Source: Oculatellaceae cyanobacterium bins.114 (lineage in GTDB: Bacteria; Cyanobacteriota; Cyanobacteriia; Elainellales; Elainellaceae). From it: a stretch of 44,333 bases of DNA. Of this stretch, positions 19,240 to 29,781 are shown one piece after another. The stretch spans positions 1 through 44,333 of the forward strand of contig JANRJA010000243.1 in the NCBI GenBank assembly GCA_033764315.1, given 5' to 3'. A program made the translations under genes and the position numbers. The notes under the pieces were generated by a model. It saw only the letters and a program-made list of their open reading frames with translations. It ran no database searches and was not told where the DNA came from. Position 1 is the first letter of the stretch. The number at the start of each line of letters is the position of its first letter.

Positions 19240-21564
19240 ATGACGATGAAAACTGAATTGCAAGAACGGGCAGATAGCTTGGCAAGTAATTTGCAGCGCA
19301 GTGTAGATGCTTGCTTTGAAGTCTTGCGATCCATCAGCCAACTGTATGCGTCATCGTCACAGGTCAGACGACAAGATTTTCAGCGATTTGTGCAACCTGC
19401 GTTAGTGCGTCATCCCAGCATTCATGCGCTGGAGTGGTTGCCCCGACTGCTAGAGAGCGATCGCCCTGTGTTTGAGCAAGCGATGCAAGCAGAGGGCTAT
19501 CCCGCCTTTCAGATCACAGAACGGATGTCAGATGGCACGCTGATTCGAGCAGAGTCACGGTCAGAATATGTTCCGGTGTGCTTTGTTGAACCGCTCGATA
19601 ATAACGAGTTGGCACTGGGATATGATTTGGCGTCAGATGCAACGCGACGGGCGGCGTTAGAGCGGGCCCGCGATACAGGAGCGATCGCCGTCAGCGGACG
19701 GATCGAACTGGTGCAAGCGGCTCGACGACAATTTGGGTTTTTAGTGATTTTGCCTATCTACCAACAAGGGGCAGCTTGTGACACCGTGAGCGATCGCCGT
19801 CAGCATTTGCAGGGCTTTGTGTTGGGTGTGTTTCGAGTAGCAGATGTGGTGCGTTCGTCGCTAGCCGGGTTGACTCTCGACCACATTGACTTTTATTTGA
19901 GCGATCGCTCAGATCACCCTGAAGTTGGTCTGTTGTCAGCTTATGACTCTAAAAGCAAACAAGTCATTGCCAATATAGAAACCAAATTGACGTTGCCCCA
20001 TGCAGCACGAGGAAAAGCTATTTGCACCCGCAGTTTTGCGATCGCAGATCGAGAATGGTCACTGGTGCTCATGCCCACAGTTGCCTACATTGACCGAGCA
20101 GAACTTTATCACCAAAGCTTGATTCGGGCAGATGCAGCGACGGCTGAGGCAGAAACCCTCAAAAAAGTACTGCGTAATCTGCAACAGACTCAAGCCCGTT
20201 GGTTTTTAGAAAAAAACTTGATTGCAATTGGGGTGGGATTGATTCTGCTGATTTTGGGAGGAGCCAGTTGGATCTCGCACTACAACACCACAACATTATT
20301 AGAGAGCAAAGCCAAAACCGAGCGCACCTATGCTGTTTTGGCTCAACTGGCGACCCTGCTGGCGTTAACCACCAATGCTGACACCAACACCAGCCCTGTC
20401 AGTTCGTCGTCCCTGCCTACTGTTACGATAACAACCATTGAATCTGAGTTAGAAGCTCTGCGGCAGGCGATCGCCCCTGATTCCGATCAACAACATCGGC
20501 TTGATCAGTTGGAGCCGTTAATTGCTCAACGGCTGAGTTTGCTCAATCAAGTCAGCCAACCCACTTCAGCAGGGGTGAGTCCATCCACCAGCCGCGATCG
20601 CCAACTGCAACAGCAAATTCGTCACATCATTGCTGAGATCGATCAAGCCGAGCGATCGCAATTACCTTACTGGGAAATGCAAGCCAAAGCCAGTGTAGAA
20701 AACAGCTTCTGGATTAATATCATTGGAGCTATTCTCGGCATTATTTTATGGATTGGTGTGTACTACCTATTACAACGCCAAATCTCGGAACGACAGCGAG
20801 TTGAAGCGGCTCTGTATGCGGCTAACAACCAACTAGAGCTAGAGGTACAAGAACGATTAGCCGAGTTAGTTCAAACCCGCGAAATTAATGAGCTAAAGAT
20901 GCGACTCTTTTCGATGGTGTCTCACGAATTTCGCACCCCCCTCAGCACTATTCTGGTATCCACTCAACTATTGAGTAATAGTGATGTCAGTTGGTCAGAG
21001 GAAAAGCGGGTTAAAAATCTGTCTCGCATTCAATCGGCAGCCAAAACGATGGCACAGTTGTTGAGCGACATTCTGACGCTGGGACGAGCAGAGGCAGGCA
21101 AATTAGAATTTCGCCCTGAGTTGCTCGATTTAAAGGACTTTTGTCATCGCCTGGTTGAAGAAATTCAAATTAGTACTGAAACTCAACGAGCGATCGATGT
21201 CATCGTTTGCGGCCAATCAACTCAAGCCACCGTAGACAGCAAGTTGTTACAGTCAATTTTGACAAACTTGTTGTCAAACGCTATTAAATATTCTGAGAGC
21301 GATCGCCCCATTCAATTGATCCTCAATTGCACCGTAGAGCAGGTAACATTTCAGGTTAAAGATCAAGGCATTGGCATCTCTTTAGACGATCAAAAACGGC
21401 TTTATGAAGCCTTTCATCGGGGTAAAAATGTTGGTGATGTAGTGGGTACTGGGTTGGGTCTTGCCGTTGTCAAAACCTGTGTTGATTTGCACAGAGGACA
21501 CATTGTTGTAGACAGCAATGTTGGAGTTGGCACCACCTTTACAGTCACTCTGCCACAACTTTAG
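19240..21564 (+). CDS. CHASE-domain sensor histidine kinase with a second CHASE3-like membrane sensor
   Basis: CHASE motifs (ALEWLP, ALGYDL, RRAALERARDTG), two TM helices, SHEFRTPL, NLLSNAIKY, GTGLGL. Confidence 0.88.
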   Translation: MTMKTELQERADSLASNLQRSVDACFEVLRSISQLYASSSQVRRQDFQRFVQPALVRHPSIHALEWLPRLLESDRPVFEQAMQAEGYPAFQITERMSDGTLIRAESRSEYVPVCFVEPLDNNELALGYDLASDATRRAALERARDTGAIAVSGRIELVQAARRQFGFLVILPIYQQGAACDTVSDRRQHLQGFVLGVFRVADVVRSSLAGLTLDHIDFYLSDRSDHPEVGLLSAYDSKSKQVIANIETKLTLPHAARGKAICTRSFAIADREWSLVLMPTVAYIDRAELYHQSLIRADAATAEAETLKKVLRNLQQTQARWFLEKNLIAIGVGLILLILGGASWISHYNTTTLLESKAKTERTYAVLAQLATLLALTTNADTNTSPVSSSSLPTVTITTIESELEALRQAIAPDSDQQHRLDQLEPLIAQRLSLLNQVSQPTSAGVSPSTSRDRQLQQQIRHIIAEIDQAERSQLPYWEMQAKASVENSFWINIIGAILGIILWIGVYYLLQRQISERQRVEAALYAANNQLELEVQERLAELVQTREINELKMRLFSMVSHEFRTPLSTILVSTQLLSNSDVSWSEEKRVKNLSRIQSAAKTMAQLLSDILTLGRAEAGKLEFRPELLDLKDFCHRLVEEIQISTETQRAIDVIVCGQSTQATVDSKLLQSILTNLLSNAIKYSESDRPIQLILNCTVEQVTFQVKDQGIGISLDDQKRLYEAFHRGKNVGDVVGTGLGLAVVKTCVDLHRGHIVVDSNVGVGTTFTVTLPQL

Positions 21565-21695
21565 CAACTGTAATATAAACACAAATTAAACACAAAATTC
21601 CTACGCAAATTTTACAAAATTCATTCACACAAGAATTCTAAAGCCATCATTCAGGCAAACAAGAGTTTTATATCAACTCTCAACACAGTAGTCCT

Positions 21696-21760
21696 TATAC
21701 CAATTCAATATGAAGCTGCACTAAACAAGGGGCTTAAGCCCCTTGTCTCAATGCTTCTAT
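21696..21760. repeat. Repeat-like element with perfect palindrome ACAAGGGGCTTAAGCCCCTTGT
   Basis: 22-bp perfect palindrome at 21725-21746 between convergent genes; single copy in the window. Confidence 0.5.
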
Positions 21761-21864
21761 AGCTTTAGTCAGAAAGCTTAAGGCAAAGGCTCAAATCCTG
21801 ATGCTGGGAAAGCTTTCTGACTCGCCTCCGCCCCATCGAATGTGGCTACGGCTATACACCGCAT

Positions 21865-22986
21865 TTATTTCTTCTTTTTGAGCAACCAGCCTAAGCCCAA
21901 CAGACCTAAAGCAGCTGTCACACCGGGTTCTGGAGTCGAGCGTGGAATTGGATCAAGGGGAATGCGCTCAGTCTTGGTAATCTCTGCCACAGGAATATTA
22001 ACTCCAGTCTCTGGTTCGCCACATCCTTCCCCAAACAAAGTAATGCTGCTTTGCTCAGGAACAAAAGTATCAATGGGAGGAGGAGTCAGAGGTGGAACAT
22101 CAGGATTGGCTACTTCTGCATCAAAGAATAGATTGATGTTTGCCGTGGTTGGGTCACACACCGAGTTGTCATTACTGATGCGAGCTGGAGTAATGCGGTA
22201 GCGAAAGCTAGCAACATCTAAAAAGGAATCTATCGTCAACCCATTTTCAGGGATAAAGTAGGCGAAGGGTTCCGTCGCGCCGTCAGAGGTGACGGTAAAC
22301 AGAAAATTAGTTAACTCATAGGTTCCCAAACCTGGAAGTGGATTCAAATCAGGGGCATCAGCATCGTAAAAGACTGTTCCCTGAATAAACGCATTGGCAT
22401 ATTCTGGAATCGACGATGAAGCGGACAGAGTGCCTTCAATGCCAAATTGCACTAAATTAAAGCCGAGTTGCCAACCATCTAAACTGCCTGAAAATAAAGT
22501 AGAGGTATTCTCAAGCTCTAGTTCCCAAGTGCCAGACTGTAATTCACCGTTGAAATCAACTAAGGTGCCATCGGGCAGATAAGTGCCGCTGGGCGTAAAG
22601 GTGCCCGCAAAAGCATTGAGACTTGTAGTGTGACCATCGCTAAAACTGTAGTTGCCATCAATCTGAGTTGAAGGGGCCAGATTGGGAAACAGAACGACGG
22701 ATGTGCCTGTATCAACATGAGTCAGCTTGGCACGTAACTCGGACGCATCAGGATGGGACAAGCCAAATAGAGTGACGGTCAAGTTATTGGAAATGCTGGG
22801 TCCAGGACCAATGACAATTTGACTGGTAAAGATTCCATCTGACAATGGAAAGAGAACGCCTACCCCTTCAACTGTGCCACCACCACCATTAAAGACAGCA
22901 GCTTGGGCTGCGGGAGCGATCGCCACCCCGACAACACCAACCGTAGTAACCATTAACGCCGTAGATAAAGCTTTGGACAACAACAT
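21865..22986 (-). CDS. PEP-CTERM protein with proprotein convertase P-domain-like region
   Basis: Signal peptide (AQA), VTLFGLSH..EL, FNGELQSGTWEL, C-terminal PEP-hydrophobic-KKKK. Confidence 0.8.
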   Translation of the reverse strand: MLLSKALSTALMVTTVGVVGVAIAPAAQAAVFNGGGGTVEGVGVLFPLSDGIFTSQIVIGPGPSISNNLTVTLFGLSHPDASELRAKLTHVDTGTSVVLFPNLAPSTQIDGNYSFSDGHTTSLNAFAGTFTPSGTYLPDGTLVDFNGELQSGTWELELENTSTLFSGSLDGWQLGFNLVQFGIEGTLSASSSIPEYANAFIQGTVFYDADAPDLNPLPGLGTYELTNFLFTVTSDGATEPFAYFIPENGLTIDSFLDVASFRYRITPARISNDNSVCDPTTANINLFFDAEVANPDVPPLTPPPIDTFVPEQSSITLFGEGCGEPETGVNIPVAEITKTERIPLDPIPRSTPEPGVTAALGLLGLGWLLKKKK

Positions 22987-23696
22987 GACTTGGTTCGCTC
23001 CAATCTTGTTAAAACAGTAAGTTGTAAGAATTCAGTTGATTTGGGGTCGAACAGTAATGCTTTTGTCTACAAAAGAGACGGTGATCGCACTTGAAAATCA
23101 GGCTCTAGCGTCAGTTACGCAGGAGGCAAGCTAGCAACACAAGCAGCGATCGCAAAAGCGGTAGTTCTAAAGTACGAGCATTTGGGGTAGAAGCAGCCCG
23201 TCACAAAGATGTACTGAATTTGATATTCCAGTTGTATCGGATATCAATTCCGTATGCCAGTATTTACACTGAGCTTCAGCAAAACAATACAATCTGCATT
23301 GAAGTGTTAAAGATTAAGCAAAGACACATCTCAAAAAATACTTTGAACGGTCAAAACCCTTGAAAAACGAGATCTTCATACTTCTATTCCATCAGTTCTA
23401 CACTTTATGAGTTCACTATCAAGACAATCGAACTGTGCTTCATGCAATACGAGAACTCATAAAGGCAGTGTAAATAAAGATACTTGATATAAAATTTGTT
23501 TAATGTCAAGGAGTTTTGATGCAGTTTTCGTGTAGATTTGCAGCCAAACTCATGAATGAGGCAACGGATAGGATCGCTTACAAAGCCCCTAATCCCGCCC
23601 TTGCATCCTGCTTTAACGATTAACCTGGGAACAAAAGACTCGACACTAACGAGGAGGGTGCTGTTAGCGTCAGCATCTAGTAGTTGGAGGACTGAA

Positions 23697-23803
23697 CCCG
23701 GCGAATGAATTCACGGCTATTGGAACGAAGTCCGCCGACGCGGACTGAGAGTTTTGAACCTACGAAGGCAGGGTTTGTTCTGGTAGGTGCGGTTTCAACC
23801 GCC
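23697..23803. repeat. REP-doublet-like repeat family C
   Basis: Shares CCC(G/A)GCGAAT(G/A)AATT..GGCTA..AACGAAGTCCGCC..CGCGGACT with 29614-29663; its end TGCGGTTTCAACCGCC recurs inverted at 11352-11367. Confidence 0.7.
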
Positions 23804-23868
23804 ACTCCCCCGACCGTTAGCGTCATGTCAATTTGATTTAAAGATAGTGCAAGTGCCCAACTTGCTTG

Positions 23869-24717
23869 TTATAACAAGTCATCCATCAACGTCATAATTT
23901 TGACGGCTTCTGCTGACAAGTCTGGACATGGAACCTGCTGTAATTGCTTTTCTAGTAAGCCCTTTAACGCAATCAGCTTGAGGCTGTTTTCTGCTGGAGT
24001 TTGGGCGATCGCCTCAGCCGCAGGAAAATACCCAATAGCCCCTAAATCAGCTAAAACTGTCCGTCGCAGTTGCAAGGAAGAACTCTTTAACGCTTGAATT
24101 AACTGGTCTCCATAGCGAGGCTCATGGGTCAACTGATACATCACTCGAATAGCCGCATATTGAATGCGCTCTAGGGGATGTTTTAGAAACGGTTTCACAT
24201 AAGGAATGGCATGAACCGCTTGCAAAGTCCCTAATGCTTCTAGAATGGCGTCATAGGGTTGAAAGAGAGCAGGTTGATCGGGGACTAACTGATCACCCTG
24301 TAACCCAGATTTCAATAGGTCAAGCAACGCAGGCACACACTCTGAGTTGCCCAATGCCTGTAACGATTGCGCTGCTGCCTCGCGCACATAATAATCGGAA
24401 CAACTCAACGACTCAATCAAGACGGGAACCGCTCGTTGATCATCCAATTTGCCCAATGCTCTCGCTGCATTTCGGCGCAGTGGGTATCCGCCTGCTTCTG
24501 TCTGATCAGCTTCGTCTGCCAGTGCGGTAATCAAAGCCAAAATAGCAGCTTCTTCTCGAACTCGGAAGCGGCCTAGCCACCAAGCAGCATAAAATCTCAG
24601 CCCCAAATCGTCTCCCTGGAGATTGGTGATCGCCTGTTCTACAGTTAATGCCTTGCCATCCCCAGATTCGGCTCCCAGTGGGGAAGGATCTGTCGTTTCA
24701 AAGGTCGCTTCTTGCAT
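23869..24717 (-). CDS. cpcE: Phycocyanin alpha-subunit phycocyanobilin lyase CpcE (HEAT repeats)
   Basis: RFYAAWWLG, GGYPLRRNAARALGKL, ENSLKLIALKGLLE. Confidence 0.9.
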   Translation of the reverse strand: MQEATFETTDPSPLGAESGDGKALTVEQAITNLQGDDLGLRFYAAWWLGRFRVREEAAILALITALADEADQTEAGGYPLRRNAARALGKLDDQRAVPVLIESLSCSDYYVREAAAQSLQALGNSECVPALLDLLKSGLQGDQLVPDQPALFQPYDAILEALGTLQAVHAIPYVKPFLKHPLERIQYAAIRVMYQLTHEPRYGDQLIQALKSSSLQLRRTVLADLGAIGYFPAAEAIAQTPAENSLKLIALKGLLEKQLQQVPCPDLSAEAVKIMTLMDDLL

Positions 24718-24832
24718 ACGGCTTTAGACGTGCTGAGTGCTGAGGATTGGAGCGAGGGGATAGATGAGGGATGGGTGGATGAGTCCTTTTTGCCTTGACT
24801 CACCCACCCATCATCCCATCATTGCCTCACTT

Positions 24833-25702
24833 CTAGAGGGGAGTAATGCTGGCGATCTTGCCACCCTGACGTTGCACTCTCTGCATATGAGGTGTCAATT
24901 CTTCATAGGGAATGATGACGGCTTTATTGACCCGGCGCACTTTGGGATAACCAGGTCCCGCGATTCCAGCCACCTCGACCCGGAACAGACGACCAGAGCC
25001 AAATGCTTTTGATCCACCAAAGGCACTGGTAGAGGCATCGCCTTTAGCAGCTGATAAAAAGGCAAACCCACCGGCTCCACCCGATGGAGGCACAATGGTA
25101 GAGGCTGAGTTACGAGCTAATTCTTTGACTAGTCGAGGAGCATTGCCCGTGAATTGAGCACAATCGCTGCTAGCCGCACCACGATAAAGCTGTAACAGTC
25201 GGGTAAAACCAACCGATCGCTGTCCCACACCCGTTGTTACCAGGTCTCGATAATAGGGCACGATATTTTCACCAAAGCTGATCTGATACTCAGATGAGTC
25301 GATATAGGAATCAATATCTGCTTCAAATCCTTTGTTCTGATACAGATTCATGTGCTCTGTAATTTCAGACTGGTCGTAGGGTGCCCGACCCAACAGGTGC
25401 TTAAAGTTCAGCTCAATCGTCCGGCTTTGAAAGCTGCTATGAAAAAACTTTTGTTTGTATAAATCTGACTTTGCAACCTGGCGCACAAATTCTTGCACTG
25501 TAATCTTGCGATCGCGCAGAAGAGACTCAGGGATAACCAGACGCTCAGAGTTGAGCAAGTGAGGGTTGCCCAGCACTTGCTGATAAACAGCAAGAATCAC
25601 CGCTTCAATCTCTCCCTGAGTCGCATTGGGACGCAATTCAATAGGGGCGGCATCACTAAATGCGGATGTTCCGAGACGAGATGCTGCTGTTGTAATAGCC
25701 AC
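24833..25702 (-). CDS. cpcC: Phycocyanin rod linker polypeptide
   Basis: [20 protein letters not shown]-terminal CpcD-like domain ([12 protein letters not shown]). Confidence 0.9.
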   Translation of the reverse strand: MAITTAASRLGTSAFSDAAPIELRPNATQGEIEAVILAVYQQVLGNPHLLNSERLVIPESLLRDRKITVQEFVRQVAKSDLYKQKFFHSSFQSRTIELNFKHLLGRAPYDQSEITEHMNLYQNKGFEADIDSYIDSSEYQISFGENIVPYYRDLVTTGVGQRSVGFTRLLQLYRGAASSDCAQFTGNAPRLVKELARNSASTIVPPSGGAGGFAFLSAAKGDASTSAFGGSKAFGSGRLFRVEVAGIAGPGYPKVRRVNKAVIIPYEELTPHMQRVQRQGGKIASITPL

Positions 25703-25899
25703 CTAACATTCTCCTTCAATAATGAGTAATGGAAAGAAAGTAATACAAAATCAGGTTGATTACAGTTGTTTAATTTTTGTGAGAACCTTCCTGAAGCAAG
25801 ATTCTCACAAAAACGAACGTTAGATCTATCAACAGAGTTGATCAACAAAGTTAATAGAGATCATTGCCTAACTGTTGCTGGAGCTGTTGCCTCCATGAC

Positions 25900-26715
25900 C
25901 TAAACTGTAGTAACGCTGATCACCTTGCTTCCGGCGCGGTTGAGCTGTTGCAACTTATTTGTTAGTTGGTCATAAGAGACTAACATTTCCATTGTGGTTT
26001 GCCGAACAACCGTTGCTCTAGGGGAGGCAGATTGCAACACCCGTAGCCGATACACATCACCTCGACGACCCCCAATCGCGCCCGATAGAGCGGCGGTTGC
26101 TGGAGCATTGATGGGAGTTGCCAGATTTCTTGCCACTTCCCAGGTCAGTTTGGGTTGTTTTTGCCCTTGAGAGCGATCGCTGTTGGCATAGCCCCGATAA
26201 AGGTGCATTAAACGGCTAAAGCCGATTGCCCGCTGTCCGGGGTGATCAACTTGAAAATCTCGGTGATAAGGGACAATATTATCCCCAAAACTCTGGGTAT
26301 ATTCCTGCGAGTCCAAATAAGATGCGATCTCCGCTTCATATCCCTCAGAGTTATAGAGATCGAGGTGGTAGGAGATCTCAGACTGATCGTAGGGTGCCCG
26401 TCCCAACAGATGTTTATAGTTCAATTCAATGAAGCGGACATGAAAATTGGGATACAAAAACTTTTCTCGATACAAGTCTGACTGGGCGATCGCCTGCACA
26501 AACCCTCTCACCGAGATACTGCCCTGTTGCAAAAGCGACTCAGCTCCGACTAACCGTTCACTCTCCATCAAATACTCATTGCCGAGTACCTGACGATAAG
26601 CCGCTCGGATCACCGCCTTCACATTATCTTGAGTCCGGCTAGAGCGCAATTCAACGGGTTGTGTTTCTTCAAAGGGTTTAATCCCTAATTTCCCTGCTTC
26701 TTGTAAACCAGCCAT
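25900..26715 (-). CDS. cpcC: Phycocyanin rod linker polypeptide (second CpcC-type paralog)
   Basis: [22 protein letters not shown]-terminal CpcD-like domain; ATG 26715 or GTG 26727. Confidence 0.85.
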   Translation of the reverse strand: MAGLQEAGKLGIKPFEETQPVELRSSRTQDNVKAVIRAAYRQVLGNEYLMESERLVGAESLLQQGSISVRGFVQAIAQSDLYREKFLYPNFHVRFIELNYKHLLGRAPYDQSEISYHLDLYNSEGYEAEIASYLDSQEYTQSFGDNIVPYHRDFQVDHPGQRAIGFSRLMHLYRGYANSDRSQGQKQPKLTWEVARNLATPINAPATAALSGAIGGRRGDVYRLRVLQSASPRATVVRQTTMEMLVSYDQLTNKLQQLNRAGSKVISVTTV

Positions 26716-26827
26716 ATTTTTTCCCACTCAACTAAATTAATAGAAAAAATTTTTCAATGATTTTTAAGATTGCAGCTCGTCTACAGTTCTTCAAAAACAA
26801 CTGCTTTGAGCAATTCTCCTAAGACAG

Positions 26828-26890
26828 TTGCCCAGAAAAGTAACCAACAAATCGCCATCTAGCGATCGAGCTGCTTACCTTTCTGGGCAA
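26828..26890 (-). terminator. Stem-loop downstream of cpcA (partial terminator or stabiliser)
   Basis: TTGCCCAGAAA..TTTCTGGGCAA arms just after the cpcA stop. Confidence 0.55.
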
Positions 26891-26898
26891 GATATGAC

Positions 26899-27387
26899 TT
26901 AGCTCAGAGCGTTGATCATGTAGTCGATGTAGGAGTTTGCCTCAAGTGCAGGGTCGCCACTCAAACCGTGGTTCGCCTTGATGTATTTGAGAGCCTCAAC
27001 ATACCAGCTAGGAGACAATTCAAAGGTGCTGTGCATTTCAGCCAGACCTGCCAACAGGTAATCATCAGCAGGACCTGTACCACCCGCAATCAGGCAGTAT
27101 TGAATCATGCGAATGTAGTAGCCGATATCACGAGAGCACTTAGCTTTACCCCGTGCATCAGAGGCATAGTTGTTGCCTTGCATTTGGGTGGTGTAAGGAA
27201 ATTTTTGGTAGACTGCGTTTGCTGCACCTTCAGTCAACTGAGCAGCTTTAGCACCCAGAGCCTTAGCCGCTTCTAGATCAGCAGTTGCCAGACGAAGACG
27301 ACCAAAAGCCACTTGATATTCGGTGTTGCTTAAAAAACGACCCTGGGAATCAGCACTAGCGACAGCTTCAGTTAATTGCGTTTTCAT
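26899..27387 (-). CDS. cpcA: C-phycocyanin alpha subunit
   Basis: 162 aa; [18 protein letters not shown] (Cys84), [19 protein letters not shown]. Confidence 0.97.
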   Translation of the reverse strand: MKTQLTEAVASADSQGRFLSNTEYQVAFGRLRLATADLEAAKALGAKAAQLTEGAANAVYQKFPYTTQMQGNNYASDARGKAKCSRDIGYYIRMIQYCLIAGGTGPADDYLLAGLAEMHSTFELSPSWYVEALKYIKANHGLSGDPALEANSYIDYMINALS

Positions 27388-27491
27388 TGGTTTAATATCT
27401 CCCTAATGTGTTGCGATGAATTGCGAAAGTTGAGTTAAACAGCCGTTTTGTCGAGTTGACTAACGCCTAAAAAGGCATCTTTAGCCAAGCG

Positions 27492-28010
27492 TTAGCTGAT
27501 GGCAGCCGCCGCACGATCAAAGTAGCTTGCTAACTCAGCCATTAACGAGCTGCAATCACCGGGTTGAATGTTGTTCCGATCGTTGGCGATCGCGATCGCA
27601 GCATCTTTCATTTTGATGATGCTGGTTGCCATAGAACCTGTAGGAACGCCCAACGCCAAGTAGGTTTCACGCAAACCGTTTAAGCAGCGATCGTCGAGAA
27701 TACTAGAGTCGCCAGTAAACACCGCATAGGTGATATAGCGCAGGACAATTTCCATGTCACGCACACAAGCAGAAACCCGACGGTTAGTGTAAGCATTGCC
27801 ACCTGGAGCAATCAGTTGAGGTTGCTCAGCAAACAATTCCCGTGCAGCGTTAGCAACGATGGTAGATGCATTGCTGGTGATGCGGTTCACAACGTCATAA
27901 CGCTTAGCACCATCTTTAACAACCGTTAACAGCGCATCGATTTGAGCATTATTGACTAACTCACCCCGTGTATCAGCTTGGGAAACTACTTTAGTAAATG
28001 CATCTAGCAT
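27492..28010 (-). CDS. cpcB: C-phycocyanin beta subunit
   Basis: 172 aa; [19 protein letters not shown], Cys82 and Cys153, CLNGLRETY. Confidence 0.97.
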   Translation of the reverse strand: MLDAFTKVVSQADTRGELVNNAQIDALLTVVKDGAKRYDVVNRITSNASTIVANAARELFAEQPQLIAPGGNAYTNRRVSACVRDMEIVLRYITYAVFTGDSSILDDRCLNGLRETYLALGVPTGSMATSIIKMKDAAIAIANDRNNIQPGDCSSLMAELASYFDRAAAAIS

Positions 28011-28336
28011 TGATTCAATCTCCTAAATTTGCTCAATTGAGTATTTATGGTTTTGTTTCAAATCTGAGTCGATTCAGTTTGAACATAAACTGCAAAAACA
28101 GTTTCAGAAGGGTATGACATACCCCATTCTGGTTCCGCAAACCTCTCCCTATCCTGAAGTAGATGGATTTTATAAAATGCCAAGTTTGCTTTTAGAAAAT
28201 TTGACATTACAACCCCAATTGACACAGCTATTAGCTATGTCAATGCCACCCGATTAATCTGGGAAATCCAAACTCTTAACCGTAATAGCAAAGGGTTTAG
28301 TGGTTTTTGGATTACCTCTGATTAAACCAATCCGTT

Positions 28337-28354
28337 TGTGCCAAATTTGTGCAA
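28337..28354 (-). promoter_or_regulatory. L-box-like direct repeat (putative RcaC site) upstream of cpcB
   Basis: Minus strand TTGCACA-AATT-TGGCACA versus consensus TTGCACA-N4-TTGCACA; one mismatch. Confidence 0.65.
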
Positions 28355-28682
28355 ATTAAAACTTTAGATAGAGCATCAACCAGAACATGCAAATGAGTGC
28401 CGAAGCCTTTACTAGGTAAGCTTTTCAAGGCTCTTTTTAAGATTTTAGTGTTGTAAATTATTCTTAACATGAAGTCACTTACTCATAAAAATGGGAACAC
28501 TTTAAAACCGCTCTAACTATTGATGAATAAGCAAAATAGCCTCTTTTAAGCAGTGTTTTTTCCGTTATCCAACTATTAAATGTAACGTTTTGTCAGGCTA
28601 ATGCAGATTGGCATCCCCTCCCCACTTTATGATGAGCGAAATACTTTTTAGACGTTTAGTAAGATTAGGAGATTGTGTCAGC

Positions 28683-29435
28683 GTGGCAATTCCTTTATTA
28701 ACGTATTCTCCGTCCTGCCCTAACCAACGTGTAGACGCACTAGGGGCACGGGATGATGAAGCTATCATTTACTCTACTGATGATCTGTTTTCTCCGTCAG
28801 ATATAGGCAATTTGATTAATGCTGCCTATCGCCAGATCTTTTTCCATGCATTTAGGTGGGATCGTGAGATTGTTTTGGAATCTCAATTACGCAACAGACA
28901 GATCACAGTGCGCGACTTTATTCGAGGGTTGCTGCTCTCTAAAACCTTTATCGATAGCTTCTACGATAAAAACAGTAATTATCGCTTTGTCGAGCATTGT
29001 GTCGAGAAAGTTTTGGGACGGCGAGTTTACAACGAACGGGAAAAGATTGCCTGGTCAGCCGTTGTCATGACCAAGGGTGTCAAAGGGTTTGTCGATGAGT
29101 TACTCAACAGTGATGAGTACATTGACAACTTTGGCGAAAACACCGTTCCCTATCACCGTCGTCGCATTCTACCGAGTCGTGCAATAGGCGAAATTCCGTT
29201 CAACATTACGTCTCCCCGTTACGATGCCTACCATCGTGCTCAGTTGGGCTTCCCCCAAACGGTTTGGCAAGAGGTTGTGCGTGGCTTCCGTCCTTACGAC
29301 ACTCAGCCCAAGACAGGCGATCCAAGCTTGTTTGTCAATATGGCTAGAAGCATCAGCCCAGCTGCGGCTACTCCTAGCAGAACATCGGTTTACAACATTG
29401 ATATCGACAAGACCGTCCCTTATCGCTCGCGTTAA
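28683..29435 (+). CDS. cpcG: Phycobilisome rod-core linker CpcG
   Basis: GTG start (M)AIPLLTYSP after [22 protein letters not shown]; hydrophilic C-terminus ([10 protein letters not shown]), so not CpcL. Confidence 0.9.
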   Translation: MAIPLLTYSPSCPNQRVDALGARDDEAIIYSTDDLFSPSDIGNLINAAYRQIFFHAFRWDREIVLESQLRNRQITVRDFIRGLLLSKTFIDSFYDKNSNYRFVEHCVEKVLGRRVYNEREKIAWSAVVMTKGVKGFVDELLNSDEYIDNFGENTVPYHRRRILPSRAIGEIPFNITSPRYDAYHRAQLGFPQTVWQEVVRGFRPYDTQPKTGDPSLFVNMARSISPAAATPSRTSVYNIDIDKTVPYRSR

Positions 29436-29537
29436 GGAGTGCGTAGAGGATGGTGGGTTGATTGCATTCACCTCAATCACGAGATGAAGCGGCATCCCCC
29501 TTGTCCACCATTGTCGATAATGAATAGGAGATTATGG

Positions 29538-29566
29538 GTAGGGGTTTAGCATTGCTAGATCCCTAT
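29538..29566. repeat. GTAG-type REP-like palindrome
   Basis: GTAGGGGTTTAGC-ATT-GCTAGATCCCTAT followed by a T run. Confidence 0.55.
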
Positions 29567-29613
29567 TTTTTTGGAATGATGGCTTTGAATTAAGGTCAGT
29601 TTGATTTAAGCAG

Positions 29614-29663
29614 CCCAGCGAATAAATTGGTGGCTACCAAAACGAAGTCCGCCTTCGCGGACT
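29614..29663. repeat. Repeat family C, partial copy
   Basis: Matches the first half of 23697-23803. Confidence 0.65.
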
Positions 29664-29781
29664 AGCAAAATCAAAGGTTTACTGAACCGACTCACACCGA
29701 TTTGAAGTAAAAATGGGGCAAATGCTTATATGGGTTTGGCAGTACCGAAATACTTCCTAAGTGAGTAATAGTCTTTTATCA

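Noticed and set aside
26899-28010. Sulfur-sparing cpc3-type phycocyanin
   Set aside because: Both subunits keep several internal Met and extra Cys residues.
28683-29435. CpcL identity
   Set aside because: No hydrophobic C-terminal helix.
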